Shown one piece after another: positions 8,903-20,617 of a stretch of DNA of 29,055 nucleotides. How positions within the stretch are numbered: the first letter of the stretch is position 1; each line of letters starts with the position of its first letter. Source of the stretch: a bacterium (GTDB lineage Bacteria; AUK180; JAQVHJ01); assembly GCA_028696285.1 (NCBI GenBank), contig JAQVHJ010000001.1:1-29055 (forward strand), written 5' to 3'. A program made the position numbers and the translations under genes. The notes beneath the pieces are model-generated. The model did not search any database and was not told the DNA's origin. It was given only the letters and a program-made list of their open reading frames with translations.

Positions 8903-8948
8903 TCATCTTCATTCCACTTTCTACACTCCACACTCCACTTACCACTAA
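8903..8948. repeat. 46-nt heptamer-periodic CCAC-rich repeat, copy 2
   Basis: 40/46 identical to 8620-8665. Confidence 0.9.
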
Positions 8949-8957
8949 ACTTTAATT

Positions 8958-9056
8958 GAGATTGCTTCGGGTTGCAAAGAACCTTCGCAATGACTAATAA
9001 TGTTATTTCATTTGCGGACAATATAATGTCATCGCGAGCCGTAGGCGCGGCAATCC
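8958..9056. repeat. REP doublet, copy 4
   Basis: GAGATTGCTTC...CGCAATGAC, 33-nt linker, GTCATCGCGAG...GCGGCAATCC. Confidence 0.9.
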
Positions 9057-9350
9057 GAAATCGTGATTTGTGAACCTTGATCCAAAAGATAAAATATTTT
9101 TAAACATGAACAACGCTGCTTATTTTATTTTAAGTTATAATGGAATAATCATACGATACTTAATAACAATGAACATTTACTCTTTTACTGTTGAAAAATC
9201 GGCTTTTTTCAGTCGCAGAATTTTATACTGATTTACTCTGGAAATACACCGCAAGATTTTATATAAACAAATCAGCATAACTATATTTATAAATAATCTT
9301 CTCTTTTTTATCCCGTTCATCCCTGTTAAAATTTCTTTATATTTTTTTGC

Positions 9351-9438
9351 CTCTTACAAGTCTCATACAAGTCCCTGTTAAAAACACATTCAATTGGTTG
9401 AGAAGTACCAATCGCATTTTGGTTCTAAGTAACAATAT
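9351..9438 (+). repeat. Dispersed repeat shared with the dnaA-dnaN spacer
   Basis: Ungapped match to the reverse complement of 22136-22223. First 40 nt 37/40, about 67/88 overall by hand count. Confidence 0.85.
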
Positions 9439-9517
9439 AATTAAAAATAAACAAGCAGCGTGAACGGTTGTTTTAATTTAAAGAATTATATTCTTTAAAC
9501 AGTAAACGGTAACCTGT

Positions 9518-9583
9518 GAGATTACTCGTCTATGTTTCGCAATGACTATTAACATTATTATATCTGCAAATGCGTGTATGTCA
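9518..9583. repeat. Degenerate REP doublet, copy 5 (second arm truncated)
   Basis: GAGATTACTC...TTCGCAATGAC, 33-nt linker matching the consensus, then GTCA only. Confidence 0.75.
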
Positions 9584-9627
9584 GAGCAAATGTAACAAAG
9601 TGATACACCAATCAGTCTTCGTCTTTC

Positions 9628-9655
9628 GAATCACGAATCACGATTCACGAATTAC
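9628..9655. repeat. Heptamer tandem repeat (GAWTYAC)x4 overlapping the radical SAM stop codon
   Basis: GAATCAC GAATCAC GATTCAC GAATTAC. Confidence 0.85.
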
Positions 9656-11103
9656 GGTTGTCGAATCACAAGTTCCTCGGTCTGCCAGTCTTTTATATCT
9701 ATTACTATATTATAGGAAATTCCGGAAAGATCTTTTTTTCGTAGTTTTTTTATCACGGGAGAAATCTTTTTTCCTTCATTAAAAAATTGAAGATCTGGAA
9801 ACTCTCCCTTAACAGTAATCTTCACTGCCTGTTCCGTGAACCGGACCGGTATCTGCCAATATGCAAGATTCTCCCCTGTCTCTCTTAAATTTAAATTAAA
9901 TACCACTAAAATGTTTTTATTCATGGGATTGATTTCATTTTCAATGATCAATTCATTATCCTTAAAATCCAATTTTATTTCATTGAAAAGACTACCAAGA
10001 ATCTTCTTTCTTCTCTCGTTAAAAACTTCCTTTTCCTTCAGCAGTGTGTTCATGTTCTTAAACCCGTTAAATTTATGGTCTATTAAATTGCAGTTCCGGC
10101 ATTGCCATGGCAGCTTCCCTGTTTTAAACCCATTCCGTAATTCCCGGTAAAAGAATCCGTTCCAGATCTCCTCCAATGTTTCAAAAGCAAGGTTTCCCAT
10201 CTTAATCGGTTCCGGGTGACAGCATGAAAGAACGTCTCCTTTAATATCTACCCATGTTTTATACCATAGATATGGGCAATTCTTAAATTGATGCTGCTCT
10301 TGACGTGAAGAATCGGAACTTTGTTGCTTCTCTTCTGTTCTTTCAGAAATTGCATTGGGTAAAAGAATATTGATATTCAATTCTTTTTTAAATTTTAAAA
10401 TTTCTTCCCGCCATTGGTTGAATTCCTTTGGGTTGTTCAATAAGGATTCCTTTTCTAGTTCACCGCTGTTAAATAAAATTAAATGTGATGCTTCAAAATC
10501 CTTTATCCCTGCATTTGAAAACTCCTTCAGCATGGGAAGAAAGTCATTTGCATTCATATTCATTATAACAAAATCTACAACGATCCTGAGGGCGCTCTTC
10601 TTTTTCTTCTTCATTTCTGCAAGATTAAGAATTTTCTGTTTTACGTCTTTAAATTCCGCGCCTGTCCTTATTTTATTATATGTCTCTTCCCGGAACCCGT
10701 CAAAGGAAATATGTATCTCTTCAAAGGAATCTGTAATAAATTCAATGATCTCGTTTGTTAATGTTGTACCGTTTGTATATGCCGATAATTTTACCGGCGT
10801 ATTCTTGAATATCTTTTGCAGATCGCCGGGCTTCCCGTAAAGAAAAGGTTCTCCTGATACTGAAAGTTCCAGCCTGTGAATATGCCTTAAAATTTCCGGG
10901 AATTTATCATGAAAATAGTCATTGTCAAAATCAACAAAATCAACATTCCTCCCGATCCTGTAACATATGATACAATTTAAGTTGCACTTATTTGTATTCT
11001 CCCAAACAAGAATTCGAGGATATTTAATGCTGTTTCCTGTGTTTTTCTCGCGGAAATATTTCTCGCGCAACCTGTCAAGTTTCTTTATAATAAATTGAAA
11101 CAC
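9652..11103 (-). CDS. Radical SAM protein with SPASM/Twitch domain and C-terminal extension
   Basis: CxxxCxxC (CNLNCIIC), GEP, YTNGT and ISFDG core motifs. CPYLW...GDVLSCC...MGNL...LEEIWNG...CRNC auxiliary-cluster pattern. Confidence 0.9.
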   Translation of the reverse strand: MFQFIIKKLDRLREKYFREKNTGNSIKYPRILVWENTNKCNLNCIICYRIGRNVDFVDFDNDYFHDKFPEILRHIHRLELSVSGEPFLYGKPGDLQKIFKNTPVKLSAYTNGTTLTNEIIEFITDSFEEIHISFDGFREETYNKIRTGAEFKDVKQKILNLAEMKKKKKSALRIVVDFVIMNMNANDFLPMLKEFSNAGIKDFEASHLILFNSGELEKESLLNNPKEFNQWREEILKFKKELNINILLPNAISERTEEKQQSSDSSRQEQHQFKNCPYLWYKTWVDIKGDVLSCCHPEPIKMGNLAFETLEEIWNGFFYRELRNGFKTGKLPWQCRNCNLIDHKFNGFKNMNTLLKEKEVFNERRKKILGSLFNEIKLDFKDNELIIENEINPMNKNILVVFNLNLRETGENLAYWQIPVRFTEQAVKITVKGEFPDLQFFNEGKKISPVIKKLRKKDLSGISYNIVIDIKDWQTEELVIRQP

Positions 11104-11112
11104 GGTAAATTC

Positions 11113-11817
11113 TTAACTATTAAGTTTTTCGAAATATGGAAGAAGGCCGTCCTTTGTCAATTTCTTTTTCAAATACTGGATATCTAATAACTCCAGGTAA
11201 GATCGGTATAACCTGAGAGCCCAGTCAAATTCCTCCGGATATTCCTTTTTATCAAAAACATCTATCCGGTCTATTATTAAATCTTCTATTCCTATTAAAT
11301 ATATTTCCTTCTTCCCAAAAACAATTTTACTTAAATGCTTTTTATCCCCGTTAAATGTCCCCGTATGTATTTCAACGGGAATCTTTTTATCAATGGAATA
11401 ATAGTACTTTCCTCTCTTATAAAATTTATTCTTTCTCAGGTGTCTAATTAATTCCGGGACCGCTTCTTCTTCAATAAAGATATCTATGTCTCCTGTCGGG
11501 TATTGCACTCCGGAATAATATTCTAGCGCGCTCCCCCCAACTATTATCGGTGGTTTCTCCGGAAATAATTCCGTAATGAACACATTAAAATAGAAACGTT
11601 TTTGAAATATGTCTCCAATCGTTGAGAGTATTTCTAATTGATTTTCATCGTCTTTGTTAATAATCTCTGAATTTAAATGATGAATAAAACTTGAGAAATA
11701 AATTTCCTTTTCTTTTAATTGCAGGTGAGGCAGTGATTCTTTATTCCTTTCAGCTTCCAGCGTACCCTCGCTTACTTCAAATATTTTTTCTAAATCACTT
11801 AAATTTAAAAATCTCAT
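11113..11817 (-). CDS. Nucleotidyltransferase-fold protein (DUF6036/AbiEii-like) with possible N-terminal excisionase-type HTH
   Basis: IIVGGSALEYY...PTGDIDIF motif. N-terminus FLNLSDLEKIFEVSEGTL...LPHLQL resembles HTH_17. Confidence 0.65.
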   Translation of the reverse strand: MRFLNLSDLEKIFEVSEGTLEAERNKESLPHLQLKEKEIYFSSFIHHLNSEIINKDDENQLEILSTIGDIFQKRFYFNVFITELFPEKPPIIVGGSALEYYSGVQYPTGDIDIFIEEEAVPELIRHLRKNKFYKRGKYYYSIDKKIPVEIHTGTFNGDKKHLSKIVFGKKEIYLIGIEDLIIDRIDVFDKKEYPEEFDWALRLYRSYLELLDIQYLKKKLTKDGLLPYFEKLNS

Positions 11818-11828
11818 TAGTCTTTCCT

Positions 11829-14207
11829 TTATTTATCAAATGTTACTACGGTTGTACCTGCTCCCCCCATTGAATAGGACGCGTCCCTGAAACTCTTAAC
11901 CAACGGGTTACCCTTCAGGTATTCTCTGACTCCGCTTCTCAATCTCCCGGAACCTAAACCGTGAACAATATATATCTCACTAAGGTTGGATAGAAATGCA
12001 TCATTAATAAAGATGTCCAACTCTAATATTGCATCTTCTACAAGCATTCCAAAAACCTCTAACTTGTTCGTCTGCATCTCTCTGGATTTTGTAACCCTGT
12101 AATCGGTGTCCTCTGTCTCGTTATCGGGGAGTTTTTCTTTATAATTTGAAACCTGTTTAAATTTTTCTAAAATACTTATGTTGCCTATCTGGACCTTCAA
12201 TGTTTCTTTACTGAAATCTATTTCTGTAATTTTCGCCCATTCATTAAAACCTTCTATCTTTACCCAGCCCCCTTCTTGAAATTTTTTCGGGTCCAATTTT
12301 AAAACGGGTTCTGGTATTTTTTCTTCAATAAAAACTTCCTTCTCTATCTTAATGTTTTCCTTATGCTTATTTAAAATTTCCTTTGCTTCTTTAATAGATT
12401 CCTTTGACGCATTTTTTTCCCTGATTTCTTTTACCGTTTTTTCAAAATCCTTCCGGAACTGACTGAGGATTTTTTCAGATTTTGCAACGGTCTCCTCATA
12501 TATCTTTTTCTCTTTTAAAATCAATTCTTCAAGTTTCTTTTCATACTTCTCCTTTAAATCGGACGCCTTCATCTTTTCAAGCTTGGTCAGCTTTTTATCT
12601 TCTTCAATTGAAAGGCTTGAATTCTGGATATCCTTCAAAAGCTGGTCTAACTTAAGATAAGAATCGGATAAATAATTTTTCGCAGAATTTATTACTTCCC
12701 CGGGAATCTGAAGCTTTTCCGCAATTGACAAAGCATAACTTGACCCAGGAACCCCCATTATTATCCTGTATGTGGGGGCTAATGAATTTGAATCAAATTC
12801 CATGGATGCATTCATGCACGCTTTTGAGTTATGAGCAAATACTTTTATTGAATTGAGATGAGTTGTAGCAAAAACGGTTGACCATTTCTTTTCAAGATAC
12901 TCAAGAATTCCGCAGCTGATTGCTCCGCCTTCTGATGGATCGGTTCCCGCACCAAGTTCATCAAGTAAAACAAGCGATTCCTTATCGCACCTGTCAAGCG
13001 CATTTTTAATATTCTGCAAATGCCCTGAAAATGTTGATAAACTTTGCTGAAGACTCTGCTCATCCCCAATATCAGCAAAAATTTTTGTAAAGATAGGCAA
13101 TTGTGTTCCTATCTCCGCAGGAACATGCATCCCCGATTGAAACAGCATTGAACTCAAGCCAATTGTTTTTAAGGAAATAGTTTTTCCCCCGGTGTTCGGC
13201 CCGGTTATTACAAGAATTCTGAAACCGGATCCGTTTCTTACTGAAATTGGAACAACCTCTAAATCTTTTTGTTCAATTAAGAGCGGATGTCTCCCGTCTA
13301 TAATCTTCAGTTCCGATTCACTCCACCTTGCCCGTGTCAATTTTCTATTCATTGAATACCTTGACTTTGCCGACAGAAAGTCCAGGTAAATAAGAATTTG
13401 ATAATTGCTTTTTATCTCATCGCGGTGCGCGTTTATTTTAGATGATAGAATGGTTAAAATTTTTATTATCTCTTGCTCTTCCTTCTCTCTTAGCTCAACA
13501 ATTCGATTGTCAAGCTCAACAATATTGTCCGGTTCTATGTAAACGGTCTGCTTAGATGATGAGAAACCGTGAATTATTCCTTTTATCTTATTCTTATATT
13601 CAATTCTAAGTGGAAGAACAAAACGATTATCTTTAATTGTAAAATAATCTTCCATTAATAAGTTTTTATAGTCTTCATTGTCAACAATCCTGGCAATTTC
13701 TCTCTTTACCTTCCTTTGAACATCCCCGATCTCTCTGCGAATTTCAGATAGCGCGGGAGAGGCGCTGTCTTTAACTGTTATTTCATCAATATCTATTACT
13801 TTTTCTATGGAATCTTCAAGGTCTTTATGATTTAACAGTTTTAGATAATAATCTTTCAGACTCTCCAATTCATTTATATGTTTTGAAAGCTTTTGCTTCA
13901 CATCCCTTGATATCCGGAGATTTTTATATATAGATATTATCTCATCCGGAAATATAAAACTGTTTTCCGGTACTATCTTTTGTAAAATCCCTGAAACATT
14001 AGTAAGGTCGGATACAGAGAAGTCGGGAATTTTATTCAGAAACTCTATCATGTTGTCCAGTTCATCCAGTAATTGCATAATCCTATTCTTGTCCGTGAAC
14101 CATTCCAAACTTCGGCAAAGTTCCTTCCCTCCTTCTGAAACTGCGTATCCGGATATTATTTGTTTTACAGTATTAAATTCTAATACTTCTTCTATCTTCT
14201 TAACCAA
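11829..14207 (-). CDS. mutS2: Endonuclease MutS2 with C-terminal Smr domain
   Basis: LEF start, GIIHGFSSSKQTVYIEP, Walker A ITGPNTGGKT, STFSGH, LDELGAGTDP, Smr IVHGLGSGRLR. Confidence 0.95.
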   Translation of the reverse strand: MVKKIEEVLEFNTVKQIISGYAVSEGGKELCRSLEWFTDKNRIMQLLDELDNMIEFLNKIPDFSVSDLTNVSGILQKIVPENSFIFPDEIISIYKNLRISRDVKQKLSKHINELESLKDYYLKLLNHKDLEDSIEKVIDIDEITVKDSASPALSEIRREIGDVQRKVKREIARIVDNEDYKNLLMEDYFTIKDNRFVLPLRIEYKNKIKGIIHGFSSSKQTVYIEPDNIVELDNRIVELREKEEQEIIKILTILSSKINAHRDEIKSNYQILIYLDFLSAKSRYSMNRKLTRARWSESELKIIDGRHPLLIEQKDLEVVPISVRNGSGFRILVITGPNTGGKTISLKTIGLSSMLFQSGMHVPAEIGTQLPIFTKIFADIGDEQSLQQSLSTFSGHLQNIKNALDRCDKESLVLLDELGAGTDPSEGGAISCGILEYLEKKWSTVFATTHLNSIKVFAHNSKACMNASMEFDSNSLAPTYRIIMGVPGSSYALSIAEKLQIPGEVINSAKNYLSDSYLKLDQLLKDIQNSSLSIEEDKKLTKLEKMKASDLKEKYEKKLEELILKEKKIYEETVAKSEKILSQFRKDFEKTVKEIREKNASKESIKEAKEILNKHKENIKIEKEVFIEEKIPEPVLKLDPKKFQEGGWVKIEGFNEWAKITEIDFSKETLKVQIGNISILEKFKQVSNYKEKLPDNETEDTDYRVTKSREMQTNKLEVFGMLVEDAILELDIFINDAFLSNLSEIYIVHGLGSGRLRSGVREYLKGNPLVKSFRDASYSMGGAGTTVVTFDK

Positions 14208-14210
14208 TCT

Positions 14211-15068
14211 TTACCTCTGGTTCTTTTTCTTTTCCTTCTCTTCTTTAATTAATTTATTTAAACGTTCTATCTTTAAATCAATTATATCTGTCTTATATTC
14301 ATTTTCTTTCAGTGTTTGATATAATTCCAGTGCTTCTGAATAATTTTTCAATTCCTCCAATGTTTGCGCGTACCAGAACTGCGCTTTTAGAAAATAATCA
14401 GACTCCGGATATTTCACCATGAAATTTTCAAATTCATCTTTTGCAGAAGTGAAATCGCCCTTTTGATATAGAATCATGGCCTCTTTGAATAATATATAAT
14501 CTAAATTCGGGTAATTTGGCGTCTCCTTCTTCAGTTCTTCTAATTCAAATAATGCCTTGTCAAACTGCTTAAGGTAAATATAATTATCTGCTATCTCTAA
14601 ATGAATTTTCGGAAACTCTGTTTTGTTTTGTTTATAATTGAATAATCTCTTATACTCAATAATAGACAGTTGTTTCTCGTCAAATCTCTTGTTATAAATC
14701 TCAGCAATCTCAAATTGCGCTTTGAAGGAATACTCAGAATCAGGATAAATAGAAACCGTCTTCTGATATGCTATTACAGCGTCCTGATACCTGTTCAGAT
14801 TATAATTATAAATATTTCCTATCTGGAATTGCGCATAAGGCGCATGTTTCGATCCGGGATAGTTCTCAATCAGTTTCAGATATGTAATTATCGCAGTCTC
14901 ATAATCTTTCGTCTGCCAGTAATTGTAAGCTTCTCTGAATAGTTTTTCTTCCTGCATCCGGCAGCCGGGAAGAATAAACAAAACGGTAAAACAGACTAAT
15001 AAAAAAACTTGAAATAATCTTTTATTTATCTTCGCTGTCAGAATCTTCTTCCTCGTCTCCAAAATCAT
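14211..15068 (-). CDS. TPR-repeat lipoprotein (BamD/CpoB-like)
   Basis: Basic n-region, hydrophobic stretch, ILPGC lipobox-like motif, repeated TPRs (YPGSKHAPYAQFQIGNIY; YPESDYFLKAQFWYAQ). GGAGG lies 6 nt upstream of the ATG. Confidence 0.8.
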   Translation of the reverse strand: MILETRKKILTAKINKRLFQVFLLVCFTVLFILPGCRMQEEKLFREAYNYWQTKDYETAIITYLKLIENYPGSKHAPYAQFQIGNIYNYNLNRYQDAVIAYQKTVSIYPDSEYSFKAQFEIAEIYNKRFDEKQLSIIEYKRLFNYKQNKTEFPKIHLEIADNYIYLKQFDKALFELEELKKETPNYPNLDYILFKEAMILYQKGDFTSAKDEFENFMVKYPESDYFLKAQFWYAQTLEELKNYSEALELYQTLKENEYKTDIIDLKIERLNKLIKEEKEKKKNQR

Positions 15069-17655
15069 CTATATCCTCCGGTTCTTCTTCTGTTTCTTTC
15101 CCGTCTTCCGGCTCTTCTTTCGGGAAGATTTCTTCTTTTTCTGTTTCTTCTCCGTTAAAATCATCTTCGAAATCTTCTTCTATATTCTCCCCGTTTTCTA
15201 TTCCTTCTCCGGAATTAAGCACTTCTTCTTCCTTTTTTGAAACAACCCTTGCAATGGAAACTACTTTGTCATTGTTTCTGAGGTTCATTATTCTGACACC
15301 CATGGTATTTCTTCCGATCGCTCTGATGTTCTCAACAGAAATTCGTATTACTGTTCCCGCTTTAGTAATAACCATAATTTCATCATCGTCCATAACCTTT
15401 TTAATTGCGATAACCTTCCCGTTTCTTCCTTCTGTTTTAATGTTAATTACACCCTGGCCTCCACGGTTCTGAACCCGGTATTCGGAAAGAGTTGTTCTTT
15501 TCCCGTAACCATTCTCTGTCATTGTAAGAAGGGTAGATTTATCATCTACTATTTCTATTCCTATTACCTTATCGCCTTTGCCCAATTTTATACCGCGAAC
15601 ACCCTGTGTAACTCTCCCCATCTCTCGAACATCACTCTCCTTAAACCGTATAGATTTCCCAAAACTGGTTGCAAGCAGAAGGTCCTGGTTCCCGTCCGTT
15701 ATAAGCGCGGAAATTAACTTATCTTTCTCATCTAATTTAATTGCATTTATCCCGCCGACTCTCGGGTTGGAATATGAAATCAGGTTCGTCTTTTTAATTA
15801 AACCTAGTTCTGTGGACATTAAAATATAGTGCTTCTCATCAAACTCTTTTACAGAAATAAACGCGGTTATATTCTCTTCTGAAGTAATATTAAGAAGATT
15901 TACTATTGCCCGGCCTCTGGATCGGCGGCCGGCCTGAGGTATATCATAGACCTTCAGCCAATAACATTTCCCGAGATTTGTAAAGAAGAGAAGGTAATTA
16001 TGGGTTGATGCAATAAACAAGTGCTCAACTATATCTTCTTCCTTCACATCCATTCCCGCAACTCCTATTCCGCCGCGGCCCTGGTTCTTATACGCATGAA
16101 CAGGCTGTCTCTTAATATACCCTTCTCTTGAAATTGTAATTATCATATCTTCGTCGGCAATCAGATCCTCAATACTAATCTCATCTTCTGCCGGAACAAT
16201 CTCTGTTAATCTTGCATCACCGTATTTCTGCTTCATTTCTGTCAGTTCATCTTTAATGATCATATATATTTTCCGCTCGCTCGCAAGAATACTCTTTAAC
16301 TTGGTAATCTCTTTTATCTTTTCTATATATTCATCATCTATTTCTTTCCGTTCAAGATTTGTTAATCTATGCAGTCGCATATCAAGGATTGCAAGAGCTT
16401 GAACCTCTGACAATTTAAAATCTTTTATTAACCCGAGTTTCGCCTGCTCTTTATCGCTCGAACCTCTGATTAATTTAATTATTTTATCTATGTTATCAAG
16501 GGCAATCTTCAGTCCTTCCAGGATATGTGCCCTTTCTTCCGCTTTTCTAAGTAAAAATTTTGTCCTGCGGGTAATTACTTCTTTTCTATGCTTAATAAAT
16601 TCATTGATCACATTCTCAAGTTTAAGAAGCTTTGGTTGATTATTTACAATTGCAATCATTATTATTCCGTAAGTTACTTGAAGCTGTGTATGCTTGAATA
16701 GTTGGTTCAGAATTATTTTCGGAATTGAACCCTTCTTCAACTCAATTACTATTCTCATCCCGTCTCTGTCAGATTCATCCCTGAGATCTGTAATGTCCTG
16801 AATCTTTTTATTTGTAACTAATTCTGCAATCTGTTCTATTACCTTAGATTTATTTACCTGGTAAGGGATCTCCGTTATTACGATGCGGTCCTTTCCCTTT
16901 TCCTTCCATTCAATTACTGCTCGGGCACGTACTGTTACCTTACCCTTACCTCGGGTATAGGCTTGTTTAATCCCGGCTGTCCCGAGAATAATTCCACCGG
17001 TCGGAAAATCAGGACCTTTTATATAATGAAGAAGATCAACTGAATTTAATTTAGGATTATCAATTTTTGCAATAATAGCATCAACAACCTCATTTAGATT
17101 ATGCGGCGGAATATTTGTTGCCATACCCACTGCAATCCCGCTTGAACCGTTCAATAAGAGGTTGGGAAGACCCGCAGGAAGGACAACCGGTTCATCTGTA
17201 GTCTCGTCAAAATTTGGCGTAAAGTCAATCGTTTCTTTATCTATGTCCTGCATTAACTCAACAGCAATTTTGGACATCTTAACTTCTGTGTACCTGTATG
17301 CTGCCGCGGAATCGCCGTCAACTGATCCAAAGTTACCCTGGCCTACAGCTAAAGGATACCTTAAAGAAAATACCTGAACCAACCTAACTATAGTATCATA
17401 AACCGCTGCATCACCGTGTGGATGATACTTCTTAATAACTTCCCCGACTACACCGGCAGATTTTGAAAAGCGTTTATTCGGTAACAAACCTTCTCTGTAC
17501 ATCGCTATTAAAATTCTCCTGTGAACCGGCTTTAATCCGTCTCTTACGTCGGGGAGGGCGCGGCCGATAATTACACTCATCGCATAATCAATATACGACT
17601 TCTCCATCTCCTCTTCTATATTAATTCCTACTATCTTTTCGCCTTTAGTATACAT
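15022..17655 (-). CDS. gyrA: DNA gyrase subunit A
   Basis: ALPDVRDGLKPVHRR, YHPHGD, catalytic AAAYRYTE, GyrA-box-like QGRGGIG, pinwheel repeats, long acidic tail. Confidence 0.98.
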   Translation of the reverse strand: MYTKGEKIVGINIEEEMEKSYIDYAMSVIIGRALPDVRDGLKPVHRRILIAMYREGLLPNKRFSKSAGVVGEVIKKYHPHGDAAVYDTIVRLVQVFSLRYPLAVGQGNFGSVDGDSAAAYRYTEVKMSKIAVELMQDIDKETIDFTPNFDETTDEPVVLPAGLPNLLLNGSSGIAVGMATNIPPHNLNEVVDAIIAKIDNPKLNSVDLLHYIKGPDFPTGGIILGTAGIKQAYTRGKGKVTVRARAVIEWKEKGKDRIVITEIPYQVNKSKVIEQIAELVTNKKIQDITDLRDESDRDGMRIVIELKKGSIPKIILNQLFKHTQLQVTYGIIMIAIVNNQPKLLKLENVINEFIKHRKEVITRRTKFLLRKAEERAHILEGLKIALDNIDKIIKLIRGSSDKEQAKLGLIKDFKLSEVQALAILDMRLHRLTNLERKEIDDEYIEKIKEITKLKSILASERKIYMIIKDELTEMKQKYGDARLTEIVPAEDEISIEDLIADEDMIITISREGYIKRQPVHAYKNQGRGGIGVAGMDVKEEDIVEHLFIASTHNYLLFFTNLGKCYWLKVYDIPQAGRRSRGRAIVNLLNITSEENITAFISVKEFDEKHYILMSTELGLIKKTNLISYSNPRVGGINAIKLDEKDKLISALITDGNQDLLLATSFGKSIRFKESDVREMGRVTQGVRGIKLGKGDKVIGIEIVDDKSTLLTMTENGYGKRTTLSEYRVQNRGGQGVINIKTEGRNGKVIAIKKVMDDDEIMVITKAGTVIRISVENIRAIGRNTMGVRIMNLRNNDKVVSIARVVSKKEEEVLNSGEGIENGENIEEDFEDDFNGEETEKEEIFPKEEPEDGKETEEEPEDIDDFGDEEEDSDSEDK

Positions 17656-17682
17656 TGAAAAAATCCTCCGGATTATTTAATT

Positions 17683-20613
<2,931 letters not shown>

Positions 20614-20617
<4 letters not shown>

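Noticed and set aside
9477-9499. Perfect 10-bp inverted repeat TTTAAAGAAT-TAT-ATTCTTTAAA
   Set aside because: Single copy and almost all A/T in a repeat-rich, AT-rich region; no function can be supported.
9060-9650. Precursor peptide for the radical SAM/SPASM enzyme
   Set aside because: No short ORF with RBS and Cys/Trp/Ser-rich core was found; the 9570..9782 ORF is antisense and repeat-derived.
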